Shown here piece by piece: positions 34,163-44,577 of a stretch of 64,000 nucleotides of DNA. Position numbers and translations under genes: made by a program. The stretch's first letter is position 1. The number at the start of each line of letters is the position of its first letter. The DNA is taken from NCBI RefSeq assembly GCF_055900595.2, contig NZ_CM148325.1; one strand, given 5' to 3'. The notes beneath the pieces are model-generated. The model had not been told where the DNA came from. It saw only the letters and a program-made list of their open reading frames with translations, and did no database searches.

Positions 34163-35818
34163 ATGACGAATCTTCCCCACTGGTGGCAAAACGGCGTTAT
34201 CTACCAGATTTATCCCAAGAGTTTTCAGGACACCACGGGCAGCGGTACCGGCGATTTACGTGGCGTTATCCAACGCCTGGACTATCTGCAAAAACTGGGC
34301 GTCGATGCTATCTGGTTGACCCCCTTTTATGTCTCTCCCCAGGTCGATAACGGATACGACGTAGCGAACTATACGGCGATAGATCCCACTTACGGTACGC
34401 TGGACGATTTTGACGAACTGGTGACGCAGGCGAAATCGCGCGGCATTCGTATCATTCTCGATATGGTGTTTAATCATACTTCTACCCAACATACCTGGTT
34501 TCGCGAGGCGCTGAGCAAAGAAAGCCCTTACCGTCAGTTTTATATCTGGCGCGATGGTGAACCAGAAACGCCACCGAATAACTGGCGTTCAAAATTTGGC
34601 GGTAGTGCGTGGCGCTGGCATGCGGAAAGCGAACAGTACTATTTGCATCTCTTTGCACCAGAACAGGCGGATCTCAACTGGGAGAATCCGACGGTACGCG
34701 CAGAACTGAAAAAAGTCTGTGAGTTCTGGGCCGATCGCGGGGTCGATGGGTTACGCCTGGATGTAGTGAATTTGATCTCTAAAGATCCGCGTTTTCCTAA
34801 TGACCTGGATGGCGACGGGCGTCGCTTCTACACCGACGGGCCACGAGCACACGAGTTTTTGCACGAGATGAACCGCGATGTGTTTACGCCTCGCGGTTTA
34901 ATGACCGTGGGTGAAATGTCCTCCACCAGCCTTGAGCATTGCCAGCGATACGCGGCACTAACAGGCAGTGAATTGTCGATGACCTTTAATTTTCATCACC
35001 TGAAGGTCGATTATCCCGGTGGTGAAAAATGGACGCTGGCTAAACCTGACTTTGTGGCGTTGAAAGCATTGTTCCGCCACTGGCAACAAGGAATGCACAA
35101 CGTGGCATGGAATGCCTTGTTCTGGTGTAACCACGATCAGCCGCGCATTGTTTCTCGTTTTGGTGATGAAGGGGACTACCGCGAACCTGCGGCAAAAATG
35201 CTGGCGATGGTGCTGCATGGCATGCAGGGAACGCCATATATCTATCAGGGCGAAGAGATTGGCATGACTAACCCACATTTCACGCGCATTACTGACTATC
35301 GCGACGTGGAGAGCCTCAATATGTTTGCCGAACTGCGCAACGATGGGCGTGACGCCGAGGAGTTATTGGCAATCCTCGCCAGTAAATCCCGTGACAATAG
35401 TCGCACGCCAATGCAATGGAGCAACGGCGATAATGCCGGGTTTACAACGGGTGAACCGTGGATTGGCCTGGGCGATAACTATCAAGAAATCAACGTAGAA
35501 GCCGCGCTGGCCGATGAGTCCTCGGTGTTTTACACCTACCAAAAGTTAATCGCACTGCGTAAGCAAGAAGCCGTCCTGACATGGGGCAATTACCAGGATC
35601 TGCTGCCAGACAGCCCTGTATTGTGGTGCTATCGCCGTGAATGGAAGGGGCAAACCTTGCTGGTCATTGCCAACCTTAGCCGTGAGATCCAACCCTGGCA
35701 GCCAGGGCAAATGCGCGGAAACTGGCAGCTTGTGATGCATAACTACGAAGAAGTCTCAGCACAACCCTGTGCCATGACTTTACGGCCTTTTGAGGCCGTC
35801 TGGTGGTTACAGAAGTAA
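34163..35818 (+). CDS. treC: Trehalose-6-phosphate hydrolase, GH13 (551 aa)
   Basis: Translation MTNLPHWWQNGVIYQIYPKSFQDTTGSGTGDL... with GH13 motifs DAIWLTPF and GVDGLRLDVV; the ORF-track start at 34016 is an over-extension. Confidence 0.9.
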   Translation: MTNLPHWWQNGVIYQIYPKSFQDTTGSGTGDLRGVIQRLDYLQKLGVDAIWLTPFYVSPQVDNGYDVANYTAIDPTYGTLDDFDELVTQAKSRGIRIILDMVFNHTSTQHTWFREALSKESPYRQFYIWRDGEPETPPNNWRSKFGGSAWRWHAESEQYYLHLFAPEQADLNWENPTVRAELKKVCEFWADRGVDGLRLDVVNLISKDPRFPNDLDGDGRRFYTDGPRAHEFLHEMNRDVFTPRGLMTVGEMSSTSLEHCQRYAALTGSELSMTFNFHHLKVDYPGGEKWTLAKPDFVALKALFRHWQQGMHNVAWNALFWCNHDQPRIVSRFGDEGDYREPAAKMLAMVLHGMQGTPYIYQGEEIGMTNPHFTRITDYRDVESLNMFAELRNDGRDAEELLAILASKSRDNSRTPMQWSNGDNAGFTTGEPWIGLGDNYQEINVEAALADESSVFYTYQKLIALRKQEAVLTWGNYQDLLPDSPVLWCYRREWKGQTLLVIANLSREIQPWQPGQMRGNWQLVMHNYEEVSAQPCAMTLRPFEAVWWLQK

Positions 35819-35830
35819 GTATCCGCTAAG

Positions 35831-35860
35831 CCCCGGTAATACTGGTCATTCCGGGGTTTT
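35831..35860 (+). terminator. Putative treC terminator
   Basis: ccccgg-(14-nt loop)-ccgggg followed by tttt, 13 nt after the treC stop. Confidence 0.45.
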
Positions 35861-35962
35861 GCCTTTCAGTATGTTGTTTTTGTTGATTTTATAATCAAAA
35901 AATTCATTAAAAAATTTACATAACGCTGTAGCGCCCGTCATCCGTACGCTCTGCTTTTTACT

Positions 35963-36019
35963 TTGAGCTACATCAAAAAAAGTTCAAACATCCTTGATGC
36001 AAAGCACTATATATAGACT
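35963..36019. promoter_or_regulatory. Putative FNR boxes and NrdR-box-like palindrome upstream of nrdD
   Basis: TTGAGctacATCAA (35963-35976) and TTGATgcaaAGCAC (35995-36008) match the FNR TTGAT-N4-ATCAA pattern; the overlapping cactatatatag resembles an NrdR box. Confidence 0.4.
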
Positions 36020-36211
36020 TTAAAATGCGTCCCGACCCAATATGTTGTATTAATCGACTATAATTGCTACTACAGCTCCCCACGAAAAAGGTGCGGCGTT
36101 GTGGATAAGCGGATGGCGATTGCGGAAAGCACCGGAAAACGAAACGAAAAAACCGGAAAACGCCTTTCCCAATTTCTGTGGATAACCTGTTCTTAAAAAT
36201 ATGGAGCGATC

Positions 36212-38350
36212 ATGACACCGCATGTGATGAAACGAGACGGCTGCAAAGTGCCGTTTAAATCAGAGCGCATCAAAGAAGCGATTCTGCGTGCAGCTAAAGC
36301 AGCGGAAGTCGATGATGCAGATTATTGCGCCACTGTTGCCGCGGTTGTCAGCGAGCAGATGCAGGGCCGCAGCCAGGTGGATATCAACGAGATCCAGACC
36401 GCCGTTGAAAACCAGCTGATGTCGGGTCCATACAAACAACTGGCTCGTGCTTACATCGAGTACCGTCACGATCGCGACATTGAACGTGAAAAACGCGGTC
36501 GCCTGAATCAGGAGATCCGTGGTCTGGTCGAGCAGACCAACGCCTCGTTGCTCAACGAAAACGCCAACAAAGACAGCAAGGTGATTCCAACCCAGCGCGA
36601 CCTGCTGGCCGGGATTGTGGCTAAACACTATGCACGTCAGCACCTGCTGCCGCGTGACGTGGTGCAGGCGCATGAGCGTGGCGATATTCACTATCACGAT
36701 CTCGATTACTCGCCGTTCTTCCCGATGTTCAACTGCATGTTGATCGACCTGAAAGGTATGCTGACCCAGGGCTTTAAGATGGGTAACGCCGAGATTGAAC
36801 CACCGAAGTCGATCTCTACGGCAACCGCGGTAACAGCGCAGATTATTGCTCAGGTCGCCAGTCATATTTATGGCGGCACCACCATTAACCGTATCGATGA
36901 AGTGCTGGCACCGTTTGTCACCGCCAGCTACAACAAACACCGCAAGACCGCAGAAGAGTGGAACATCCCGGACGCCGAAGGTTACGCTAACTCTCGTACC
37001 ATCAAAGAGTGCTACGATGCCTTCCAGTCGCTGGAGTACGAAGTAAACACCCTGCACACCGCCAACGGTCAAACACCGTTTGTGACCTTTGGTTTTGGTC
37101 TGGGCACCAGCTGGGAGTCTCGCCTGATTCAGGAGTCTATCCTGCGTAACCGTATCGCTGGCCTGGGTAAAAACCGCAAAACTGCGGTGTTCCCGAAACT
37201 GGTGTTTGCGATTCGCGATGGCCTGAACCATAAAAAAGGCGATCCGAACTACGACATCAAACAGCTGGCGCTGGAGTGCGCAAGCAAGCGCATGTATCCG
37301 GATATCCTGAACTACGATCAGGTAGTGAAAGTCACCGGTTCGTTTAAAACCCCGATGGGCTGCCGTAGCTTCCTCGGCGTGTGGGAAAATGAAAACGGCG
37401 AACAGATCCACGATGGTCGTAACAACCTCGGCGTGATCAGCCTGAACCTACCGCGCATTGCGCTGGAAGCGAAAGGCGATGAGGCCACCTTCTGGAAGCT
37501 GCTGGATGAACGTCTGGTGCTGGCACGTAAGGCGCTGATGACCCGTATCGCTCGTCTCGAAGGCGTTAAAGCGCGCGTGGCCCCGATCCTCTATATGGAA
37601 GGTGCTTGTGGCGTTCGTCTGAATGCTGACGACGACGTTTCTGAAATCTTCAAAAACGGTCGTGCGTCTATTTCGCTGGGTTACATCGGCATCCACGAAA
37701 CCATTAACGCGCTGTTTGGCGGCGAGCATGTGTATGATAACGAGCAGCTGCGCGCGAAAGGTATCGCCATTGTTGAACGTCTGCGTCAGGCGGTGGATCA
37801 GTGGAAAGAAGAAACGGGTTACGGTTTTAGCCTTTACAGCACGCCAAGTGAAAACCTGTGCGACCGCTTCTGCCGTCTCGATACCGCGGAGTTTGGCGTG
37901 GTGCCGGGCGTGACTGATAAAGGTTACTACACCAACAGTTTCCACCTCGATGTGGAGAAGAAGGTGAACCCGTACGACAAGATCGACTTTGAAGCGCCTT
38001 ACCCGCCGCTGGCGAACGGTGGCTTCATTTGCTACGGCGAATATCCAAACATTCAGCACAACCTGAAGGCGCTGGAAGATGTCTGGGATTACAGCTATCA
38101 GCATGTACCGTATTACGGCACCAATACGCCGATTGATGAGTGTTACGAGTGTGGTTTTACCGGTGAGTTTGAGTGCACCAGTAAAGGCTTCACCTGCCCG
38201 AAATGTGGTAACCATGACGCCTCCCGTGTGTCGGTGACTCGCCGCGTGTGCGGATATTTAGGTAGCCCGGATGCGCGTCCGTTTAACGCTGGTAAGCAGG
38301 AAGAAGTTAAGCGCCGCGTTAAACATTTGGGAAATGGGCAGATCGGTTAA
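36212..38350 (+). CDS. nrdD: Anaerobic ribonucleoside-triphosphate reductase (712 aa)
   Basis: C-terminal glycyl-radical motif RVCGYLG and the Zn-ribbon cysteines CYECGF...CPKCG. Confidence 0.95.
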   Translation: MTPHVMKRDGCKVPFKSERIKEAILRAAKAAEVDDADYCATVAAVVSEQMQGRSQVDINEIQTAVENQLMSGPYKQLARAYIEYRHDRDIEREKRGRLNQEIRGLVEQTNASLLNENANKDSKVIPTQRDLLAGIVAKHYARQHLLPRDVVQAHERGDIHYHDLDYSPFFPMFNCMLIDLKGMLTQGFKMGNAEIEPPKSISTATAVTAQIIAQVASHIYGGTTINRIDEVLAPFVTASYNKHRKTAEEWNIPDAEGYANSRTIKECYDAFQSLEYEVNTLHTANGQTPFVTFGFGLGTSWESRLIQESILRNRIAGLGKNRKTAVFPKLVFAIRDGLNHKKGDPNYDIKQLALECASKRMYPDILNYDQVVKVTGSFKTPMGCRSFLGVWENENGEQIHDGRNNLGVISLNLPRIALEAKGDEATFWKLLDERLVLARKALMTRIARLEGVKARVAPILYMEGACGVRLNADDDVSEIFKNGRASISLGYIGIHETINALFGGEHVYDNEQLRAKGIAIVERLRQAVDQWKEETGYGFSLYSTPSENLCDRFCRLDTAEFGVVPGVTDKGYYTNSFHLDVEKKVNPYDKIDFEAPYPPLANGGFICYGEYPNIQHNLKALEDVWDYSYQHVPYYGTNTPIDECYECGFTGEFECTSKGFTCPKCGNHDASRVSVTRRVCGYLGSPDARPFNAGKQEEVKRRVKHLGNGQIG

Positions 38351-38373
38351 TCTTCACTCTGCGCTAAGCAAAT

Positions 38374-38457
<84 letters not shown>

Positions 38458-38507
38458 GTTGATTGCCTGATACCGCCTACACGCGGACTGATAAGCCAGG
38501 CGAAATA

Positions 38508-38972
38508 ATGAATTATCATCAGTACTATCCTGTCGACATCGTCAACGGCCCCGGCACTCGCTGCACCCTGTTTGTCTCCGGGTGTGTTCATGAATGCCCC
38601 GGTTGCTATAACAAAAGCACCTGGCGGGTAAATTCCGGTCAGCCATTTACCAAAGCAATGGAAGACCAGATCATTAACGATCTGAATGACACCCGCATCA
38701 AACGCCAGGGTATTTCCCTCTCCGGCGGCGATCCGCTGCATCCGCAAAACGTGCCGGATATTCTGAAACTGGTACAACGCATCCGCGCCGAATGTCCGGG
38801 TAAAGACATCTGGGTGTGGACAGGCTATAAACTCGACGAACTCAACGCTGCGCAAATGCAGGTTGTTGATTTGATTAACGTGCTGGTCGACGGCAAATTT
38901 ATGCAGGATCTAAAAGACCCTTCCCTGATCTGGCGCGGCAGCAGCAATCAGGTGGTGCATCATTTGCGTTAG
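38508..38972 (+). CDS. nrdG: Anaerobic RNR activating enzyme, radical SAM (154 aa)
   Basis: Translation MNYHQYYPVDIVNGPGTRCTLFVSGCVHECPGCYN... with the CxxxCxxC cluster; the ORF-track start at 38463 is an over-extension. Confidence 0.9.
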   Translation: MNYHQYYPVDIVNGPGTRCTLFVSGCVHECPGCYNKSTWRVNSGQPFTKAMEDQIINDLNDTRIKRQGISLSGGDPLHPQNVPDILKLVQRIRAECPGKDIWVWTGYKLDELNAAQMQVVDLINVLVDGKFMQDLKDPSLIWRGSSNQVVHHLR

Positions 38973-39212
38973 TCACTCATCCAGTCGGACCTTAATGGCC
39001 TCCTGTGGGTTGGCCAGTCGTTCCCTGACAGTGCGTAACAAGGCTTCTTCACTATCACTGACAGTGAGCGTTTTTACCGGCATTCGTCCATTTTCCGCAA
39101 CGTACTGAAACAGCAGCCGCACTGCTTCAGTAGGCGTGATGTTTAATTTTTCCAGCACCGCATAAGCCTCATTTTTCAGTTTGTCATCCAGGCGGACGTT
39201 AAGTGTGGCCAT
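38973..39212 (-). CDS. Small RelB/DinJ-like ribbon-helix-helix protein (79 aa), no cognate toxin adjacent
   Basis: Translation MATLNVRLDDKLKNEAYAVLEKLNITPTEAVRLLFQYVAENGRMPVKTL... resembles the DinJ N-terminal pattern (VRARIDEDLKNQA...GLT.SDLVR); its stop codon abuts the nrdG stop. Confidence 0.5.
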   Translation of the reverse strand: MATLNVRLDDKLKNEAYAVLEKLNITPTEAVRLLFQYVAENGRMPVKTLTVSDSEEALLRTVRERLANPQEAIKVRLDE

Positions 39213-39402
39213 TATGCCTCCGGTAATTATGAAAAGTGTAATGCATTATAGCATTACATATGCATTACATTCATTTCTGGAAAACGCCTCGCAAAAATGA
39301 GGACGACACGCAGGAATATGCCGTAGTGAAGATAGATATTGCGGTGATTTTACGAAGGGGAAGAAAGCGTTGGGCGGTAACGTTTCACCGCCCAATAAGG
39401 AA

Positions 39403-39792
<390 letters not shown>

Positions 39793-39841
39793 TCACTTCC
39801 TTTTTCTTATTAAGATTTGGCGCGGCAGGTCGCGCCTTTTT

Positions 39842-41194
39842 TTACTGCCCGGCGATTTTCATCTCCGGCAACAGCACAGAACCACACTGTATATTGCTGC
39901 GTGTTTCAATATCGTTACCGACGGTGACAATATTGCGCCACATATCTTTTAAATTACCTGCGATGGTGATTTCGCTAACCGGATACTGAATTTCGCCATT
40001 CTCTACCCAGAAGCCCGCAGCACCACGGGAATAATCACCGGTAATGGCACTCACGCCCTGGCCCATCAGTTCCGTCACCACCAGCCCGGTGCCCATCTCT
40101 TTGAGCATTTGTTCGAAGCTTAGCCCTTGTCCGGCAATCCGCCAGTTGTGAATACCGCCCGCATGTCCGGTGCTTTTCAGCCCCAGTTTCCGCGCCGAAT
40201 AGCTGGTCAGCAGCCACTGAGTCAGGATACCATCTTTGACGATATCGCGGCGCTCGGTGCGCACACCTTCGCTGTCGAATGGTGTAGATGCCAGTCCTTT
40301 CAGCAGATGCGGATGCTCTTCAATGGTCAGCCAATCCGGCAGAATTTGTTTACCCAGCGAATCCAGCAGGAAGGTGGATTTACGGTAAACCGATCCACCC
40401 GCTATCGCCCCCACCAAATGACCAAACAACCCTGTTGCCACTTCATTGGCAAAAATTACCGGCGCTTTCATGGTGGAAAGTTTACGCGGTGACAGGCGCG
40501 ATAAAGTACGGCGAGCACAGTCGGCCCCGACCCACTCTGGCGTCTGCAGATCGCTCATCGCGCGACCAATGGTGTAGGCGTAATCACGCTCCATATCGCC
40601 ATTTTCTTCGGCAATTACGCAGCTTGAGAGTGAATGACGCGTTGAGCAATAACCCTGCAACATGCCGTGGCTGTTGCCAAAAACTTTTACGCCGTAGTGG
40701 CTGTTAAAACTGCCGCCTTCGGTATTGGTGATGCGTTTATCCGCCTGTAATGCTGCCTGTTCTGCGCGAGCCGCCAGTTCAATAGCTTCATCCGGGGAAA
40801 CTTCCGCAGGGTGAAACAAGTCGAGATCCGGCGCGTCAAAGGCCAGCAGCTCTTTGTCTGCCACGCCGGCACAGGGATCTGGCGAGGTATAACGGGCAAT
40901 ATCCAGCGCTGCCTGTACGGTGCGGGCAATGGCCTGCGGGCTTAAATCGGTAGACGATGCGCTACCTTTACGGTTCTGGTGATAAACAGTGATCCCCAGC
41001 GCGCCATCGCTATTGAATTCAACATTCTCCACTTCACCATAACGCGTGCTTACGCTAATGCCGGTGGTCTTGCTGACGGCAACTTCCGCACCGTCCGATT
41101 TGCCTGAGGCCAACTCCAGCGCAGTGGAAACTGCTTCTTCCAGAATCTTGCGCTGCGCTTCAACTTGAGAGATTACTTTCATTGCAAGTGCCAT
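39842..41194 (-). CDS. pmbA: Metalloprotease PmbA/TldE (450 aa)
   Basis: Translation [40 protein letters not shown]... Confidence 0.9.
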   Translation of the reverse strand: MALAMKVISQVEAQRKILEEAVSTALELASGKSDGAEVAVSKTTGISVSTRYGEVENVEFNSDGALGITVYHQNRKGSASSTDLSPQAIARTVQAALDIARYTSPDPCAGVADKELLAFDAPDLDLFHPAEVSPDEAIELAARAEQAALQADKRITNTEGGSFNSHYGVKVFGNSHGMLQGYCSTRHSLSSCVIAEENGDMERDYAYTIGRAMSDLQTPEWVGADCARRTLSRLSPRKLSTMKAPVIFANEVATGLFGHLVGAIAGGSVYRKSTFLLDSLGKQILPDWLTIEEHPHLLKGLASTPFDSEGVRTERRDIVKDGILTQWLLTSYSARKLGLKSTGHAGGIHNWRIAGQGLSFEQMLKEMGTGLVVTELMGQGVSAITGDYSRGAAGFWVENGEIQYPVSEITIAGNLKDMWRNIVTVGNDIETRSNIQCGSVLLPEMKIAGQ

Positions 41195-41287
41195 AATGTA
41201 GAGAGTTTCTCTGAAGTCTAACAGAGAACCGTTTTTCAGTGCGCATCTTAACTGGTAACATTAGCCTCTTTTTTTAAGGAGCCTGAG

Positions 41288-41839
41288 ATGACTAAGCAGC
41301 CCGAAGACTGGCTCGACGACGTTCCCGGTGATGACATCGAAGACGAAGACGATGAAATTATCTGGGTCAGTAAAAGTGAAATTAAACGCGATGCCGAGGA
41401 GCTAAAACGCCTTGGCGCAGAAATTGTTGATCTGGGGAAAAACGCGCTGGATAAGATCCCGTTAGACGCGGATCTGCGTGCGGCTATCGAGTTAGCCCAG
41501 CGTATTAAGATGGAAGGTCGCCGCCGCCAGTTGCAGCTCATCGGTAAGATGCTGCGCCAGCGCGACGTAGAACCGATCCGTCAGGCGCTGGATAAGCTGA
41601 AAAACCGCCACAACCAGCAAGTGGTGTTGTTCCATAAACTGGAAAACCTGCGCGATCGTCTGATCGAGCAAGGTGATGACGCCATCGCTGAAGTATTGAA
41701 TCTGTGGCCCGATGCCGATCGTCAGCAACTGCGAACTCTGATCCGCAACGCGAAGAAAGAGAAAGAAGGGAATAAGCCGCCGAAATCCGCGCGCCAGATT
41801 TTCCAGTATCTGCGTGAGTTAGCGGAAAACGAAGGGTAA
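41288..41839 (+). CDS. yjgA: Ribosome-associated protein YjgA, DUF615 (183 aa)
   Basis: Translation [43 protein letters not shown]... Confidence 0.85.
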   Translation: MTKQPEDWLDDVPGDDIEDEDDEIIWVSKSEIKRDAEELKRLGAEIVDLGKNALDKIPLDADLRAAIELAQRIKMEGRRRQLQLIGKMLRQRDVEPIRQALDKLKNRHNQQVVLFHKLENLRDRLIEQGDDAIAEVLNLWPDADRQQLRTLIRNAKKEKEGNKPPKSARQIFQYLRELAENEG

Positions 41840-41866
41840 TTTTCGTTGTTGATGTGAGTATGGTTT

Positions 41867-41970
41867 GCCGGATGCGGTGCACCTGTAGGCCTGATAAGAC
41901 GCATCAAGCGTCGCATCAGGCACTATGCTCAAATGCCGGATGCGGCGTGAACGCCTTATCCGGCCTACAC
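41867..41970. repeat. BIME / REP cluster between yjgA and mpl
   Basis: gccggatgcggtgcacctgtaggcctgataagacgcatcaagcgtcgcatcaggcac and gccggatgcggcgtgaacgccttatccggcctacac. Confidence 0.75.
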
Positions 41971-41994
41971 ACACTATATCAGGCTGAGGCAGAA

Positions 41995-43368
41995 TTACTG
42001 CGCGGCTTCCGCTTTCTTCGCTAGCCCATCCAGCAGTTTCTGATGAATTCCACCAAAACCGCCGTTGCTCATCACCAGAATATGGTCGCCAGGCTGAGCG
42101 GTTTTCACCACCATATCTGCCAGCGTATCAACATCGCCACTCCAGTGTGCAGGCTGAACGCAGGCTTCTGCCACTTCTGCGACCTGCCACGGAATATGCG
42201 CCGGTTGCAGCAGGAAGACTTCATCGGCACGACCTAATGAAGGTGCCAAATCGTCTTTGCAGATCCCCATTTTCATGGTGTTTGAGCGCGGTTCCAGCAC
42301 GGCAATAATGCGCGCCGTACCGCCAACTTTGCCGCGCAGCGCAGCCAGCGTTGCCAGAATCGCCGTCGGGTGATGGGCAAAATCGTCATACACCGTCACG
42401 CCATTTGCTTCTCCGCGCAACTCCAGACGACGACGAGCGTTAATAAACGAACCCAGCGCGTTAGCAGCATCTGCCGGCGCTACGCCAACATGACGGGCCG
42501 CCGCAATCGCCATCAGGCCGTTGTGCATATTATGTTCGCCCACCAGCGACCATTTCACTTCGCCCACTTTTTCGCCATCCAGCAAGACTTCCCATTCGGA
42601 AGCGTCAGTGGTCAGCTTTTTCGCCTGCCAGTGCCCCTGCTCGCCCACCAGCTCCTGCTCGCTCCAGCAGCCCATCGCCATGGTTTGTTTCAGGTTGATG
42701 TCGTTTTCCGGCCAGATAATACGCCCCTGCCCCGGAACGATACGCACCAGATGGTGGAACTGTTTCTGGATCGCTTTCAGGTCGTCAAAGATATCGGCAT
42801 GATCGAACTCAAGGTTGTTGAGGATCAGCGTACGCGGGCAGTAATGGACAAATTTAGAGCGTTTGTCGAAGAAGGCGCAGTCATACTCATCCGCTTCGAT
42901 AACAAAGAAGTCGCTTTCGCCTAAACGTGCCGAAACGTCAAAGTTCCCCGGAACACCGCCGATCACAAAACCCGGTTTATAGCCACACTGTTCCAGAATC
43001 CAGGTCGCCATTCCCGCCGTGGTGGTTTTGCCGTGTGTACCGGCAACGGCCAACACCCAGCGGTCACGCAGCACAAAATCGTGCAGCCACTGCGGGCCAG
43101 ACATATAAGGGATGTTTTTTTCCAGTACCGCTTCCACACACGGATTTCCACGGGTCATGGCGTTGCCAATGATCACCAGATCCGGCTGCGGGTCGAGCTG
43201 GCTGGCATCGTAACCCTGAATCAGTTCAATGCCTTGCTTCTCAAGTAAGGTGCTCATCGGCGGATACACATTGGCGTCCGAACCCGTTACTTCATGGCCT
43301 AACTGGCGCGCCAGCATCGCCAGACCGCCCATAAACGTGCCACAAATTCCTAAAATATGAATGCGCAT
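41995..43368 (-). CDS. mpl: UDP-N-acetylmuramate:L-alanyl-gamma-D-glutamyl-meso-DAP ligase (457 aa)
   Basis: Mur ligase ATP-binding motif GTHGKTTT; begins MRIHILGICGTFMGGLAMLARQLGH. Confidence 0.9.
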   Translation of the reverse strand: MRIHILGICGTFMGGLAMLARQLGHEVTGSDANVYPPMSTLLEKQGIELIQGYDASQLDPQPDLVIIGNAMTRGNPCVEAVLEKNIPYMSGPQWLHDFVLRDRWVLAVAGTHGKTTTAGMATWILEQCGYKPGFVIGGVPGNFDVSARLGESDFFVIEADEYDCAFFDKRSKFVHYCPRTLILNNLEFDHADIFDDLKAIQKQFHHLVRIVPGQGRIIWPENDINLKQTMAMGCWSEQELVGEQGHWQAKKLTTDASEWEVLLDGEKVGEVKWSLVGEHNMHNGLMAIAAARHVGVAPADAANALGSFINARRRLELRGEANGVTVYDDFAHHPTAILATLAALRGKVGGTARIIAVLEPRSNTMKMGICKDDLAPSLGRADEVFLLQPAHIPWQVAEVAEACVQPAHWSGDVDTLADMVVKTAQPGDHILVMSNGGFGGIHQKLLDGLAKKAEAAQ

Positions 43369-43543
43369 ACGTCACTATCCTTTTTTAATCTGGCGCTCAT
43401 TTTACGCATATGTCGGGCAAGTGAGAAACGCATTTCAGGATAATCCGTAATTTGCTGGCGCGATTCACCTGAGCGCAACATTGAGATTATTTGTTAAGAT
43501 TGTTGCGGTCGCTTTACTCCATAAACATTGCAGGGAAAGTTTT

Positions 43544-44542
43544 ATGAAAACGTTAGGTGAATTTATTGTCGAAAAGCAGCACGAGTTTTCTCATGCTACC
43601 GGTGAGCTCACTGCTTTGCTGTCGGCAATAAAACTGGGCGCCAAGATTATCCATCGCGATATCAACAAAGCAGGACTGGTTGATATCCTGGGTGCCAGCG
43701 GTGCTGAGAACGTGCAGGGCGAGGTTCAGCAGAAACTCGACTTGTTCGCTAATGAAAAACTGAAAGCCGCACTGAAAGCACGCGATATCGTTGCGGGCAT
43801 TGCCTCTGAAGAAGAAGATGAGATTGTCGTCTTTGAAGGCTGTGAACACGCAAAATACGTGGTGCTGATGGACCCACTGGATGGCTCGTCCAACATCGAT
43901 GTTAACGTCTCTGTCGGTACCATTTTCTCCATCTACCGCCGCGTTACGCCTGTTGGCACGCCGGTAACGGAAGAAGATTTCCTCCAGCCTGGTAACAAAC
44001 AGGTTGCGGCAGGTTACGTGGTATACGGCTCCTCTACCATGCTGGTTTACACCACCGGATGCGGTGTTCATGCCTTTACTTACGATCCTTCGCTTGGCGT
44101 TTTCTGCCTGTGCCAGGAACGGATGCGCTTCCCGGAGAAAGGCAAAACCTACTCCATCAACGAAGGAAACTACATTAAGTTTCCGAACGGGGTGAAGAAG
44201 TACATTAAATTCTGCCAGGAAGAAGATAAGTCTACCAACCGCCCGTATACCTCACGTTATATCGGTTCACTGGTCGCGGATTTCCACCGTAACCTGCTGA
44301 AAGGTGGGATTTATCTCTACCCAAGCACCGCCAGCCACCCGGACGGCAAACTGCGTTTGCTGTATGAGTGCAACCCGATGGCGTTCCTCGCGGAACAAGC
44401 GGGCGGTAAAGCGAGCGATGGCAAAGAGCGTATTCTGGATATCATCCCGGAAACCCTGCACCAGCGTCGTTCGTTCTTTGTCGGCAATGACCATATGGTT
44501 GAAGATGTCGAACGCTTTATCCGTGAGTTCCCGGACGCGTAA
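43544..44542 (+). CDS. fbp: Fructose-1,6-bisphosphatase class I (332 aa)
   Basis: Translation [45 protein letters not shown]...; the ORF-track start at 43481 is an over-extension. Confidence 0.95.
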
Positions 44543-44548
44543 TCTCCT

Positions 44549-44577
44549 GCGCCTCTCCATACGGAGAGGCGTTTTTA
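44549..44577. terminator. Bidirectional terminator between fbp and yjfF
   Basis: gcctctcc-atac-ggagaggc followed by gttttta, starting 7 nt after the fbp stop. Confidence 0.55.

Noticed and set aside
36260-38215. Two long antisense frames (383 and 255 codons) inside nrdD
   Set aside because: Shadow ORFs opposite a well-supported gene; the products are low-complexity and Arg/Val-rich, typical of antisense translation.
39818-39842. Hairpin ggcgcg-gcaggt-cgcgcc followed by a T-run at the pmbA 3' end as a terminator
   Set aside because: The T-run is on the plus strand, where no upstream gene ends, and it overlaps the pmbA stop codon; more likely part of the cybC promoter region or a fortuitous palindrome, so it was not called.
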